This document shows positions 1-15,199 of a DNA stretch of 64,000 nt, piece by piece. Positions within the stretch are counted from its first letter, which is position 1; every line of letters begins with the position of its first letter. A program made the translations under genes and the position numbers. Location of the stretch: positions 23,374,001-23,438,000 of the forward strand of contig OZ004607.1 of assembly GCA_963924565.1 (NCBI GenBank), written 5' to 3'. Source of the stretch: Ascidiella aspersa (Eukaryota). The notes beneath the pieces were generated by a model. It was not told the origin of the DNA, searched no databases, and saw only the letters and a list, made by a program, of their open reading frames with translations.

Positions 1-1949
1 TCTTAATATTTTCACGACTGAGCTTAAGGCGATCTCTAAGGTCTTTTATTTCAATTTGAATTTTTTGTTTTGCGTTAGTTAGTTGTTTTATTGTTTGCTT
101 TTCGATTTCATCAAAGTCAGTTTCATGCTTGTGAGCCCCCAACGTTAACTGTCTTGTGTTAGTTAGGAGTGAATGCATCATTACGGAAGGATCCTGGAAA
201 ATCATTTCATCATAGTTTTCTGACACAACAGCCTTTTTCCCCAGCAATATGTTGTTCTCTGTTTGGAAGAGACGAAGTGGGTGGTATATAGATAATGGAC
301 GTTCACCAGTATCATGAAAAAAAACTTTAATAGCGACACCAAACTCGCCCCAACCCGTTTCAGTAACTTCATATGGAGGTTTTGTTACTACTCGGATTGG
401 ATTTGCATAACTTTCATGCAATTTAAATTGAATCTTTTTAATGTAAACAGACATGTCTTCATTGTGGTAAGGTTTTAAATAAACTGTCCAGGAGTGCGTA
501 TGTCCATCTTCTTCACGCTTTTTACCAAAATATCGTGCAGAATTTCCGTAAACAATTGGTTTAACAATACAGATACCCTTCATTCTGCCACCACTTTCTG
601 TTACAAATTCACCACTTGGATTTCGAATCATTTTTTACTGTAAACAAATGGGAGCAGGACATTATGCCTAATGATATTGATAAGCTGATTTTGTTCTTTT
701 ATAAGTGATGAGAACTGAAACTATTGCTTTAAATAAGTTTCTAGAACAACCAAAAGCTAATTTATTTTAAAGTCACCATACGTCCAGATTTTCCAGGTCT
801 GGAACTACATGCCCCGAATTTTGACTGTTCAATATATATAAATGGTAACTAGAATATAATCAATTATCTTATATAATTGTATAATTATGTAACCAGCCAA
901 AAGTTTATTATACAAAACTCCACTCTTTAGAAAGCAACACAGAAAAACTTGCAACGAACTCTGCAGCTACGTAACTAAAATAATCACCCGCTGACCATTG
1001 AATTTGGTGAAACACTTTGTATGCGATTTCTATAATTTATAAACCGCTTACCATAATTTTATCTTGGATGACACAGTTAACACACGAAAAGTCACAGCAT
1101 AGATAGATTGTGCCGTCGCATAATTAACAAACGACTAGTCGACTATTTTATTTTATATGTTTATGCGACTGCATGTATTTATATATCTGTTTATAAGTGA
1201 TATTGGGACACCAGGGCTTCTTAAACCGAGGGGGCATAAAGACCTCGCAAGGGATAGGCGGATGTTTCACTGAGAAAAAGACCTAGTATATATATTGAGT
1301 ATCAAGTTTTATGAAAACGATTTTTTTTTGTATTACTTTTTAGTTTGACTGACACATAATCTTGTTTAAATCACTTAATAGGCTTACAGTGTTTCTCAAC
1401 CGTTTTCAGAAACATAACATGGTTTATACGGCAACACAAGTGCTGGGCAAAGGCGTAGCCAGGGTATGAAGCGCCTGGGGGCATACTATAAAATAGGCGC
1501 CCCTCCATGTTTTACCACATTTTCTATTACATTAACATAATATACATTACAAATTTTAGTAGAACATTGTATTTAAAGAAAAAGCAGCCTTATTTTGGAA
1601 TTTGTAAGCCTCATATTGGCGTCCCTATACCTTGGCGCACGTGGACATACGTAGCCTTCTGTAATGTCACCATTTAGCCTAAGTTGTTTTCGTTGTCTCA
1701 TGGTACTCTGTGGAATTATACTCTGTTCGGACATCCCGATTTAAATTTATCAGAATCTCTCACTTTATTTAACCCTGTGCCTCACTTTTTGTTAGCTTCT
1801 CGTAGGTTTTGATGTAAATTTCTTCCCAGTGTATAGTTATTGTTAATGTGCTCTTGCACGTTGTATAATATTGTGTCAATGGTTTTCTTCATTGGTAAGA
1901 CTGCCGTCTGATTGTCGTTAAAACAATAATGAAAAAAATTGCCGCTGTC

Positions 1950-3115
1950 ATTTAGCGAATCTTCCACCCGGTGTCGCACCGTGTAATTATCAGCTCGCCA
2001 CTGTTGCACATCAAAAGAAGACTTCTTTCAAAAAGTGTAAAGTTTGGAAACCTACAGGCAGCACAGAAGACACAGTTAATTTTTGAAGGTGACGCTTCCT
2101 TACATACAATATCGCGACAGGCCTTATTTAAAGGCAAATTCCGTTATATAGAACAGGACTTTTACGAGTCAAGGTGCACCCAAAGAGATCGACCTGGGCA
2201 AAAGGCCGCATTGAATAGAACTCAACTTTGATTTTATTTAATAGATGGGGGTCACATCCCTAACTGACCAAATTACCTGGCCTGTCATCTAGCGGTAAAT
2301 TATTTTTTAATAGGTTCTGTTAAACCTTCCACCAGGTGTCACATCCTGTACTATCATCTCAGTTTTGCCACTGTTGCACAGCAAACGGATTCTTCTTTTA
2401 AACAATGTAAAGCTTTGTAACTTATGAGCAATATGGAAGACACAAATAATTTTTGAAGGAGACTCTTCTTTAGGTACAAGATTGCGACCGGCTTCATTTA
2501 AAGGTATATCCCGTTATATAGAACGTGACTTTTTACGAATCAAGGTGCACCCAATAACAGCACACTGGGGGAAAGGCCTCATTGAATAGCAACACAACTT
2601 TGTTTTTATTTAATAGAGGGGGGGTCACACCCCTGACTGACAAAATTATCTGTGCTGCCAACTAGCGGCAAATTTATTTTACAATAGTGTCCGTTGAACC
2701 TTCCACCAGGTGTCGCACCGTTTGTCTATCTGTTCGGCTTTGCCGCTGTTCGACAGCGGAATGATTTTTCTTTCAACAATGTGAAACTTGGCAACCTATG
2801 AGCAATACAAGAACACACGATTAATTTTTGAAGGAGACTCTTCTTTACGTACAATATCGCGACAGGCTGCATCTAAAGGCAAATCCTATTACCGGTATAT
2901 ATAATGTGGCTTTGTACGAGCCAAGGTGCAGCCAAAGAGAGCGCCCTGGGAGAAAGGTTTCTTGGCAAAGCAACTCAACCTTTTTTATTTAAAAGAGGAG
3001 TTTTACACTCCCGACTGACAGAGGTCGCCCCCACGACTGTGCTGCCGTCCAGCGACATATTTATTTTACAAGAGGGTCAGTTAAAACTTGCGCCATATGT
3101 CGCACCGTGCAAAAA
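1950..3115. repeat. Degenerate tandem repeat, ~370-bp unit, 3 full copies plus start of a 4th
   Basis: Unit start CTTCCACC(A/C)GGTGTC(G/A)CA at 1961, 2326, 2700 and degenerate at 3087 (periods 365, 374, 387). Shared internal blocks TAATTTTTGAAGG, CAAGGTGCA and TTTATTTAATAGA. Confidence 0.9.
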
Positions 3116-3613
3116 TGCTTCGGGTACGCAGGAAATCAGTTTAATGAGCTTAAAGTTTCCCTAAAATTGTTATTTGTTGCCCTGCATTTAGTTCAATAAT
3201 TTATTATTTCGTGTTTTTACAATAAAACATTCCGCTAGGGGCCACACCTTGCTTAATACATTACAAATTTAACTGGGGGGCATTTAGGGTATTAATAAAA
3301 TGGAAAAAATATTATGTTGACATACCCACAGCGTTCGCAATCTTAAAATACGCATAATTTGTAGACCGCCTGTTTTTATGTTGCAGTTTTTGCGTTAATT
3401 TCTACATATCACATTGATAGAGCGCCGCTCAGGCAATTATTGTTTTAAATTTTAATACTTTTTTTGAATACCGTTTACCATAACCATTGCAATCACTGTT
3501 TTAAAAGATATAACAAAATTTTAACATGTTTATTACCGAGTTCCTTGCGGAAGAATACCATATCGTAATATCTAACAATACTTAACATAATAATATTGAT
3601 CTATACTTTAAAC

Positions 3614-4225
3614 CAGGGGTCGGCAACTCCCGGCACGCGTGCCACTTTGTCCGCCAGGAGTTCGCTACCGGTCCGTAGCAGAGTTGCCAGAATAAAATTT
3701 CGACTTAAATCCAAACCATAGGCTACCTAAAAGCCGAAAAAAACACAAAAACAGGACAAAAAAAATAAGTGTGTTTTATTTACTCCATAGTTAATTGCTA
3801 TGATCCAAAAATCACAATTAGTATCAAGCATTCGTGAGGTTCAAGACAAACCAGTTTGCTGTGGCTATATTACATAGCACGTTCACAACATCCTAAAATG
3901 CATTTTTTATTTAAAATCTACTTCCCTATGAACAATGTAACGCAAAAAGGTTTATAATTTTTGTTTATGTTTAAGTGTGCTCACCCTGAAGTACAATAAC
4001 TATAAATCATGCAAACAATGTTCATAAACAATGTCTCATAATAGAATGATTTAATATTTTGATGTTCAGGCAGGAAAGTGTTCGAAAAAAACGTATGCAT
4101 TTTGATTTGTTCATTGAGAAAAGTTATAATAAATTTGAGCATTTTTGTTTTTTTTTAAGGCCGTTCCGCGACAATAATTTCAGTTTTCAACCGGTCCGCA
4201 GTGCAAAAAAGGTTGCCGAACCCTG
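3614..4225. mobile_element. hAT-like MITE
   Basis: TIRs CAGGGGTCGGCAAC (3614) and GTTGCCGAACCCTG (ends 4225). Non-coding interior. No clean TSD. Confidence 0.7.
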
Positions 4226-7200
4226 AGCTAGAACACGAAAGATGCAAAATGTCCGGCAAGGAGCGCTAGCGTTCTAGCTTAAAGTCTACTTCTCGGACGA
4301 AAAAAGTGCCACAGGGCAACCAAAAATGGATGCGCGTAGTTAGTTTTAGAATTAACGTCCCATGTAGTAGGTGCCCTTGGGCTAAATAGATTTCCTTAAA
4401 ACTAAACTTACCAAGAACCAAAAAAGAAAAAATGTGGGATCCAAAAGTGACTAGAAAAGGTATTTCCCGTGTTATGGTTTCTAAACTTTGAGATTTATTG
4501 TTTAAAAACAAAAAATAAGTTTCCATTTACATCGTAAAGGTTTGCGAACGGTTTGGTTTGGGGAGGCATGGCCTGTTGCCCCCAACAGGTCGACCTTAGT
4601 TTGCTCTCCACTGAATCCTAAAATAGCGAAGAAATTGTAAATAAATTATTTAGGCGATGCAAACATGCTACTATTTCGATTGTTTGTCCAAGTAAGATAC
4701 GAGAAAACAAGGGGTCAAACTTTGAACCTTCAAGTAAGCAGGATCAAATAGCAGGACACCTGTATCAGTTGCAACAGAATATCAACATCGCTTGTTTGCA
4801 GGAGATTCCGCGCCCGCACCCGTCTTGTCAACAGCCTTTCAAAGGGTTCTCGTGTCAAATGGCACCACTTCTGCATTTTTAAGGGTGCCTCGCATTACGT
4901 CGTTTAAATACCTCTGGGTAACGACGTTATTTAACGAGCGGACTGCTTGGCACTGACGCATTCGCAATTTTATGCATTCGACTTTGTTTGTTCGCCCGTC
5001 ATGCAAGAGGAGTCCAGACTAAGGTCCGACTTCAAAGACCAGGCGGAACATGCCGCAATCGCCGTTCGTTTGCCTTGTACAAAGAGAAAAAATGGGACTT
5101 GTGACTTTCAGTAGTAAATGTTTTATGTTTTCTGATATAAAAACTCGCTGAAGCAGTATATGTTTACACAGAAAATACAAATAAAGTATATCAAACGGTG
5201 AAGATAAATTATCGCCCCCCTGCCCTCCCCCCTAAAAAACAAAGAAAAACAGTCTTGGAACAGAAAGTAGTTTGTACTTATCACATAATATACAGTTAGT
5301 CTGTACACTCTTTAGGTAAGATGCTACAGTAGGATCAACACTGATTTATTGGTGTCCTTCTATATTTGGTTTATCGCAGTATTTTTCAAGTATTTGATAG
5401 CAACGAAAAAAGGTTAAGCATGTGTTGGTTAAAGTAAACATAAAACATGCCGTTTAGGGTGGAGTCATCATTACAATATGACCACATTCGATACACTGTA
5501 CTTCCTGGAAATGGAAGGGGTGGCTAGCTTTTAAGTGGCTTGCTATTTGTTTAGGTATTGTCGAAGTGTTTTCGAAAAGTTTGTCGACGGTGTGAAATAC
5601 GCATCACCGTTCCTTCCGGAAGGCTTATCGCGTAAAATATCCTCAGTTTGTCACGCGACTACCATATTGCAAATAAGGCATTGTTTGCCGAGAGCTCTTC
5701 AACACATCTCGCACGACGCAAGTAGCTGCACAAGGTTCACCTGTTTATTGACAAATCTCAGGCTGCAGGTCGTTACAAGGTGCATGATTTGCGCGACTTG
5801 CCCGGGGTAAGTTTGATCCCCCATCAGACCTGCGATGTTTATTTGCCCGCGCTGTGCCAGGAGGCGCTCGACACCGACCTTTCTTGGCAATTCAGCAAAC
5901 ACCGTGAGCTGCGGGCCGAAACGCAGCAAGCATAATAAAAGCAACAAACAAGCTGCCTGACATCGCGGTGCTGCACTGCAAATACAAACCGGTCTTTAAG
6001 CTGCGGGAATGCGTCTGGTCGTATCTCGTCTGGGAACAATGCAAGCACATACGAGCGGTACCGACATGCACAAAGGTGCTCGTAAACTCGCGTTTGGGAG
6101 CACAGGCCTTGTTCGGGGTCGATATTTATATACACCTAATATACAAAGAGCGGGTGTATACAATGACACGCTTTTTTAAACTGGGAATTAAATAATAAAA
6201 TAGTTGGCGCTGTAGTAACAAAAAAAATTTATCACAAAGAATAAGACTATCCAGTGGTTTGAGATAACATAATATCTCAATATTACATTTTACAAGATAT
6301 TATGTTACGGTTGGCGACAAAATCACCTAAAACAACAGCGGACAGCACTGTGCCGACGAGGCCGGGTGCTACTTGACTTGTTCGGGGAGCCTTAAGAAAA
6401 CTATCATTTCAGCCGACGTGAAGTGCGAAAACACGCTTATACATCCCCGGCTAATGCATGCGCGAAGTATTCGTGGACCGCGCCCGGACACCAGCGTGTG
6501 TATATAAGGCAGTTCCATCCCCACGTGTAAGATCGCTGCGATTGGAACATCTTGTGACGCAACCACTTCAAAAATTCATCCTAAGGTATGGGCACATTGC
6601 TGTCTTTGGAAGCCCTCGACTCGACCCTGTTGCGAACAAACAAGGCCCTGTTGTCGCAGTATGTAGTGTTGAGAACGCTGTGTCGCAAATCAAACTTCAA
6701 TACTGTGCTTAATTCGCTAGATGATGTTCCGAAAAAATACGACTTTATGTGTCTGATCAAGGCAGCCGCAATTTTATCTGATCTGCGTCAACATACGTTG
6801 CGTTACAAACAGAAACGAATAGTGCGAATCGACGTTTTGCAATGGTGGCCAACTTGCTGTATACTGATTTAGAAAAAAAGATTTGTGTGCAAGAAGTTTT
6901 ATCAGTGTCTGTTTTAAAAGTCGCCGTTCTTTACGTTGAACTAACGGTAAATAAACCTCTATGAAATACCCCTCAAATCCTACGATTCTTACGTGTGTAG
7001 AACCCATGATGCACCTAACATCGTTTGTTGATCAAGCTTTAATAACGTATAAAATAAGTCAAACTGTGAAATGAATCATAGACACATCTTCCAAGTAAAT
7101 AATACAGAAACATTATCAATAAGAGCTTGTTATTATAAGATCAGTATTTGTGGCTCGATTATATGAGCATGGAAACTCCCTCCCAACAATACGTGTAAGA

Positions 7201-7267
7201 ATATTACATTCTAACAGCGTGCGGCAAGTAAAATAAAGTTATTAGGGTATTCCGTATTCATTTAGAA

Positions 7268-7892
7268 CATGGGTCGACAACTTACGGCCCGCAGGTCGGT
7301 CCCGCCAATGTTGATCAACCGGTCGCCTCTTTTCCAAATTGGGCAGGAGACCATTTCCCACATTTTTTGGCAATTTTAAAGAGGTAAAATCAATGTTTTG
7401 TATACCGGTACAGCCGTGCATACCGTGAAACCAACAATGGAAGTTTCTCCAACTTTCAGTTTGTCTGAACCCTTTTTATTATGCTTGGCACGGTTTCATT
7501 GCGTGTTTTAAATATGAATATCACATCGATATTTTAACGGTCCTACTCAAATCACCCCGGAAAGTAGATAACGATTAAATTAATCGCATTTCTCAAAAGT
7601 ATTTTTATTATACCTTTTACTTTTCAAGGATGACGCCGCATAACCTCAAATTTCAAACCAAACAAACACCATTTTATCGCGCTTTGCAAAAACGCCTCTT
7701 CGTAACTATAATTAAACCCAGTTTCATTTATAAAAATGTCCTATAGGTCGCCCTGACTAACAGTTGTTATAAAGAAATCCTTAAAAGCTACTCGTTTTAG
7801 CAACAAACTTGTCAGTTCAAATGTATTAGGACCCAAATAGGCCTTTCTGAGTTTGCCTTTGGCCATTATAAGAAAAGTTTGCCAGCCCCTTG
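7268..7892. mobile_element. Degenerate hAT-like MITE
   Basis: CATGGGTCGACAAC...GTTTGCCAGCCCCT ends. Its 3' ~120 bp (AAAGCTACTCGTTTT...) recurs at ~9795-9903. Confidence 0.55.
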
Positions 7893-9774
7893 TTTAGAGA
7901 AACGTGTGGACTTCGTCGCATTACTGGTATTACTTACAATCCGCGTATAATGTGTACTATCATGAGTTATTCAGGTAAGTGTTCTTCGCAAACGCTCGCT
8001 ATTATAAGGCCTAGCAATCGTGTTGTCGCACATGAAGCCACTATTGCACATGAAGCCATTATTATTTGCGGCAAAAGAGAGCATTCGGTCTTGGCGTATT
8101 TCTATATTGTCATGTTGCATAATTAGATGCTGCCAACGCACTGTATAAACAGGATAGTACGGACAGATAAACGAGCGTGGTTTTCACTGAGTTTTTAGGC
8201 GCGGGGGCGATTGCCGCTTGTGCTGCTTGCTGCCGCGGGGAAACGCGATTAGTCCTGAAGGAAATTTGCCAGAAATAGAGGAAGAAGAAGTAAACAAGTT
8301 GTTGACAGTTTGAACGCAACGGCTTACGTGCTTTGAAATTGCGTGTGGTACAGGCGTTAGTCTAATCTAATATGTTTAAAGACTAATTGCTAGTAATAAA
8401 AAATCATAATTTAGGAAATTCCGCAAAAATCGGTTCCATAGGCGCCAGGGATTATGCTCGAATTCTTCAGATACCAGGGGCAGAGATGGTTCTTTTTGTA
8501 CCATATTGACGCACGCTTTTGGTAGAAGTTGCGTTTGGTGTTTGGCAATTAGAACGGTAACCGGGTATTCTGTTTTAGGTTAATTTTGCAAACTTAAGTA
8601 ATAGAAATATAAACATAATGAATTTCATTATGAATGTAGCATTGTAATATTTTGAAAAAAAAACTAAACAGAAATTGAACATGCTTTATGTTCTGTTGAG
8701 TGTAGAGTTGACGCGTTATAAATCGTTTTGGTGAAAATATAGATTGACAATGCACTTTGCTAATGTGGAGAAGAACTGCTTTTTCATTTTGGTCACAGTT
8801 AGACGATTCGAGACGATTTCATAAAATCGATCGCTAAATAGTCAAAAAGGAACGCGTAAACTTGACACAGGATAGAAATCCCGCTAAAGACTCTGCGACA
8901 CGTTTTTAATAAAGATTAGAGTAACAGTAAGATCGATGGATGACTTAAAGTGCAATGAAGGAGTCCCGTTTGCCGTGGCGTACTTGTATCAGTCCAAATC
9001 GGAATAAAGAACGATTGCTTGCTTGCTGTAGATTAGGGGATCTGTGACATATAGGTATAATCTTTTGCGAGACTCTTGGTAGGATTTAGGCGGGATTGGA
9101 CTAGCGCAATCGGGATAACGAGGGATAACGTATAATATCTTGTCATGATCGCTGATATGACTTTTAAACGTTGCAAAGAAGGAAATAACTTACAGGGAAA
9201 CGTTTTCAAATTGCGTCTGGTTGTGATTTGTTTAACTGATAAAATATTATAGGTTGAACTTGCTGTTTAAATAGTTTGTATGACTTTTATATTAAGCAGA
9301 CCAACAAATAGCTAGATTTTTAGATAACGTTAGACAGGACTGAAACAAAACCTAATTAGACCTAGTCGTGAATGAAAGGCAACGTCTTACAAGAGGAAAT
9401 AGCAACACATCACGAGTTCATTGCATTGCAACTTCTTACGACAGGGCACACAAACTTGTGACTAATGTAGGTGTTTCACGTGAACGACAATACAGTACGC
9501 ATCATTGGAATAATGATAAGCTCGATAGTAATCAGGAAAATTAAACCGAAAACTTAAAATTTATTATAGAATCTTTTTAAGTATACTTTTTTATTAACGT
9601 TTAGCGACAGTTTCTCATCCTAAATAACCATTCTCCCAAATTTAGTTAACCACAAACAGATGATGATTCTACAGTTTCATTAATGATGTCTGTTGCGATA
9701 ATTAAGTAGCTAATTAACCGGAAACTGGCTCTTTGCTGTTTTGATCGGTTTAGGTGAGCGAATCACAATTTTAA

Positions 9775-9903
9775 AATCCTCCCCTGATAGCTTGAAAGCT
9801 ACTCGTTTTAACAACAAAATGTCAGTTTAAATGTGTTGCGGCCCGCCGAGTCCTGAATTTGCCATTTTGTCCTGCAACTATAGGAAAATGTTGCCGTTCC
9901 CTG
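9775..9903. mobile_element. 3' end of a MITE related to 7268-7892
   Basis: AAAGCTACTCGTTTTAACAACAAA...GTTGCCGTTCCCTG aligns with 7783-7892. Confidence 0.55.
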
Positions 9904-12900
9904 ATTTAGAGAAACCCTTGAACTTTTGTGTAAAATTTATTCAAGGCTGCCAAGATATTTATTACTAAAGGTGCTAGACGATTTAGCCTTAACGCGGCCG
10001 CCCTTTCAAATCGCTAAGTATAACGTTTCACGACTTGCGGCCGACCGAGTCTTCTTTTTGCCTTCGCAAGAGCCGCCTCGCTGTCATGCGTCGGCTGTGG
10101 ACTCCTATGCGCTAAAGTTACGCCTCTTATCAACTCAAAAGAAGTGTAGCCTTTTCTAAGCAGCTCATTTTTCTAGCTTTGGTCAACTAAAAAGGTAAAA
10201 TGTGTCTATCAAATAGTTCATTTGTTATTTGTTGACACAATATGGTAGTTCTCTCGAGGCAACGCATTATATTTTGTTTTCCTCGGGTTGGATATTTGTA
10301 TACTTGTTTTAAATTTTGTAGTCGTTAGATTTTTGAGTAACGCTATAAGTTCGCTTGTAAAAAGTACCTAATGTTTTAGATTATTTTTTTATAAAACATC
10401 AAAATATAAACCTAACAATTGTTGATGTGTTACAATTAGATCAACAAGGGACTTGGTAATTAAGTTTTCCCAAAACACCTGGATATCGCGTTCAATCCGT
10501 TCATGTTTCAAAATGGATCTGGCACATAGCACTCACTCGATATTGGGAACTCACGAATGACTATTAAACGGTATAAGTCATTTGTTTGCCGCAGACATGT
10601 TGGCTTCCTTTTGCATATCCACATAGAGTAAGTTTTTCCGTGACTCATTTTCCTCAGAGACACGTTAAGCCACCAGAACAGAAGGAAATGTATAACGTTC
10701 CTTCTGTATTTTCCAGAGGCTTAACGCCAACGCAACAAAAAAACGCGTAACTTACCAATGACGTCGGGTTTTTATTTAACTTCTGCAGGCAGTATTATAC
10801 TTAGCGTACACCGTTGCTGAAAGTATTGCTTTTTGAAGAAGGCCATTCAGTTTGCTTTCACCGTTCTTAAATATGATAGCGAAGTCAATTCAGGAAAAAG
10901 GAGGGATTTTCGGTTTCCAACTTAAGCTCTGGTGCGCTGTTAAAAGTTAGATTGTGAACCGTTTTCTCATACCGCTCTATTTTTGTATTTATTTTTCTTT
11001 TAAAGTGTAAAGTTCGTCCAACCAAGCTGCTTGCATTGGACAATTCGTCTAAAACAAATTAATGGGAATTTTTGTAATATGCGTAACAAAACCTAACATA
11101 AATAAGAAATATCTCAAATGCAACACCGTGTTTCCACTGGGTTTGTTCGTTTGCCTTGCGAAACTAACTGTAAAAAGTAAAGGTTGTGGTTATCTAGGTG
11201 CGTTTTTACTTTACCTGATATTAACAACATTGCGCAGTTTTGAAATAATTCCAATAGGGAATATTATACGTAAAGTTATATAGCCTGAATGTTTCTAGGC
11301 CCATTTCCGCTCTCACTGCAAAAATAATATCTATTTAAAAATTAAACCTATTATGGGTTTGAAACAACCTTTACAACACTTGCTTGTAAGGCTAATGAAC
11401 AGTTTCGCTGAATGAGTAAATGAGCAACCACACTTTGAGCACAACTATCTTGAATGAGCTCGTTAAGAATGAAACGTAAATTTAGTATTAATGACAGCAA
11501 GATCCGATGTTGTTGTACATGTTCAATTGATGGTTTATTGTTGTAAACCATATCGAAGGCTCGGCCTTACTTTCTGCCTAATTCCGCGACTTGCTATATA
11601 GACCCTTCTTCAAACTGCTTGGCTCAATTCGTCGAGGGATGTCGTTAATTTTCGGCGAAATTCCGTTGCGTTAGAACTCGAGTATTTTAACGGGAAGTCA
11701 ATTAAGCCACTTCTCGCATAATTCTGTTTTCTAGACACCGCAGACGACAAAGTAGCTTTTTATCGTACAGCAATGCAAGTTTTGAAATTCGTGTTTATTT
11801 AGTTTTTAGTTTACATTAAGGAATCCTTTACACTAAAACAAACTCACAATGTTTTGAATATATGTATTCATGAAAACGCCTGTTTCAAATAAATATACCT
11901 ATATGCCCACATATTTTTTTATTTTATACATCCGACGTTTGATTACACAGTTCATGAAATGTAATACGTTTGACGTTCAAGTTAAAAACTGCTAGTTTAA
12001 CTAACACATATGTACAACTTAGATAGTAAACAATTTATTCATATATGAATTATACTTTTTATTACCTTTTCATTCTATTTTTTCAAATGGGCAAACTAAT
12101 TGAATTGTTGAGGTATCGATTTACGTGGTAGAGCAAGCTGGCGAACAAGACATATGCAAAACGCCAGCAAATGTCGGCTTGCCCAGTTTTACTTGGAAGA
12201 AAGTCGCCAGACCCAAGAGGAATCTCTATTCGATAGCGAGGAGCAAAAGTTTTTTGATCAGGCGTGTCTTCAATGGTGTTAACCTGTGGCGCGAAGCCTT
12301 TCTTGAAATGCTGTTGGTGGTTATATTTTTGAAAAAAAATGCAAGATTGTATAATTAGCTGAGAACAAAAAGACACAGTAACATTTTTAAATGCAAGATG
12401 TTTACGATTAGTCATTTCTGGGAAGTTATATTGAGGAGAGGTTTCCGCTTTTGCAAATGCTGATAAAGCTTACAATATTGCTTTATCGTGATCAATGTTG
12501 TTGTTAAATGAAACGGCATCTGTTTTTGTTGTATACAAACAAAGTCAAATGCTTTTACCCGAAATAGGTTTCATCGAGTGCTCCTATGCAGTTAAAACAG
12601 ACAATTAAACAGGTCGTATCGTATGTTTCAGGCTGTACGATGCTGGATGGGAGTTATCGCAGCTTGAGGGACAATTGCAGGTTTTATGCGTTGTCCGCCG
12701 AAGAAACAATTGGCTTGTTGCCATCTGGAAAGAACAGTGTCGGCTTAGCAAGCTTAAAGTCTGTTTTCATACAATGGCAGTTTATGTTCTACAGTGGCAC
12801 AGACCGACAACGGAAGCAGGCTCGTGGGCCAGTTTGCCGATTTTTCTGCGATAACGCTGCACTTTGACACCGGATTCAGACGCACGCAAATTGCTATGAG

Positions 12901-15199
12901 AAATAGCCAAGTGTGCTGTGATTCGTGTGAACTGTGGAAGACAGGAAAAGACGACTCGCCGCTATGAATTGCTATTGCTACCAAAGACCGACGCTTTAAG
13001 CCGACGGGTTAAATAGTGGCAGTGCGCAAACGAAACGGCGAACAAGCTGACCGAATTTTGGCGAGTATAACTATTATAATATAGGTTTAGCAATGCGCGC
13101 ACTAGTGTTGTTAATATGATTATAAACCCTTGATTGTTTGTATAAACAAACGTGCTAGTTTATATAGCCGTTTCCTAGCTGGTTCCATGACATTGGATCT
13201 CAAAATGGCGGTGTTTTTGTGGGGTGTAAGATGTTTAATTGCTTTCATTCAGACACAAAATATCGAAATTTACATCGACCAGGTACGACATTTTAGGTGA
13301 TTTTGCTGCACATCTTAACCCATGCACATGTCTTGAAGAAGCCTGTATTTGGACAATATATTAAAGCAGGGATTACTAGTCGAGAAGGTTATCAATCCTT
13401 TTATAGGGATTTTACCTTTTGTTTTAAATTTACGGTTATTTTTATGTTGCAAACGCAGTAAGTAATAGTATCAATAAGTATAATATTAGTGAGAATATAA
13501 CTTGTTGTTACGAACCAAGAAGAAAATGTCCCAAGATGCCCTAAATCAACAGTAACCGAAATGCGTCTTATAAACCCTATTGTTTCGTGTGAGCCCGGAT
13601 ATTGAAATAAATAAGGTAAAGTCTAACTATATAGTTTGAATATGTTGAAACGTAAAATAAAAACTTCAATAAGCAAAGTGAAATGTATAGTGCAACTTAA
13701 AACTGTGTATTGTACACATAAATAACTATTTTTGTAGTTTCTCCGAGAAAAAAGGCGCGGTCCAACGTTAGTTTGATTGTTAACTTTTTTTATCGTATTT
13801 GAAATATTGTACGTTTATTGCGCTTAACAAGGTATGTGTGGAAAGGGTTCTGCATTTAAATATATGTATAAACAGCGACGTGAATTTTTGTAGTATACAG
13901 TTTCCGATTTAAATGCAGGACAATGCAGCAAAGACGGTCGTCTGCTTGCGCCTAATTGACTTCATATCGTTATTAATTTCTCTCGGATATGACACATTCG
14001 CAGCTTTAGACCTCACTCTTCTTCGCCGCGGAATGGGGCAGGTCTAAGACACACTTTTGCTAATTGATTGGACAATTTACCGCGCGAAGTCATAAGAATA
14101 AGAAAAAAATAAATGATGCGGTGACATAAGCATTCACATGGTGATTTTGCTGTGGTTAGAAGAGTTTAGATTTGCGGTACGCGGTAATTGTGTCTCACAA
14201 TACCCCAGTGAGAACGAACTTATCATTAGAGAAGCTTAAGGCAGTCGATAACCTATTTGTTCTGCCATATATGTGTACAATTGTTTGTTTCTAAATTTAA
14301 GTACCAAAAAATAGTAACGTTTGTGGTAAAACTACAAATGTTTGTTACACCTTAAGACATATCGTATAATGCACTAAGAGTCACGGGGTTAATTCAGATT
14401 ACTGACAAGTTGTAAGTAAAAAAAACATGTGTCGTGCGTCCGACGTCCGTGCCGCGGCCCGAATTGTTCTAAGTGACCCGAAGTAGCAGGCCATTTTAAC
14501 CATAGCTTGGTTGTTTAAGTACACGCATCTGGGTTCAGCCTTGTTCAGTTATGTGACAAAATGCTTACCGTTTAACTAACAAAGCTTGAGGTGGCAGGTT
14601 GAGTTTTTCGCGGTCGGCTGAGTGCGGTGCTCTGACCCTGTCTTCCTGCTCTGCTGACTTCCGTTGGTGGTTTCTCGCTACTTTGTCGAAAAATTCTGCA
14701 GTTCGTTGTCTATTGCATGAAAACAACAACGTTTAAACCTTGGTGTTAGTTTATCTCCGCAACCACGCGAAAATTAGATTCATTAAAGCCGACATTGATA
14801 GACAAGGCAAAAATCGACCGCGGATTACGACATAACTCGATGTAACCTTAAAATACTTATTCGTTAAAGCAGTACTTTACCTTGACGAAAATAAGTTTTT
14901 TGTTACGCTAAGTAGTGATTGACTAAATTCAGGTGTTTCATAGGGAATTTAAGTGTGTTTTACCATAAAACAGGGGTAAATATTAAACGCCTGCAGAATT
15001 CAAATTCTTGACACCAATTGCCAAACTGCGGGTACGTTATACAAGCTACGGAAAAGTGCATACAATTTAGTCGGTTTGCATTGTAATTAGGTTAATTATA
15101 TCGCGCAGATATTTCCCCGAGCAATGAATCAAGGCAGTAAGTGTGGACACCGCGAAAAATCAATTAGCCACCCGTTCTGCATTCCGTGTCAGGCGCAAA

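Noticed and set aside
1950-3115. CRISPR-like array or coding repeat
   Set aside because: Eukaryotic context; the whole unit is repeated with no unique spacers, and no reading frame is preserved between units.
5535-7007. Cluster of 65-98 aa ORFs on both strands
   Set aside because: No domain similarity or consistent exon structure; more likely regulatory DNA.
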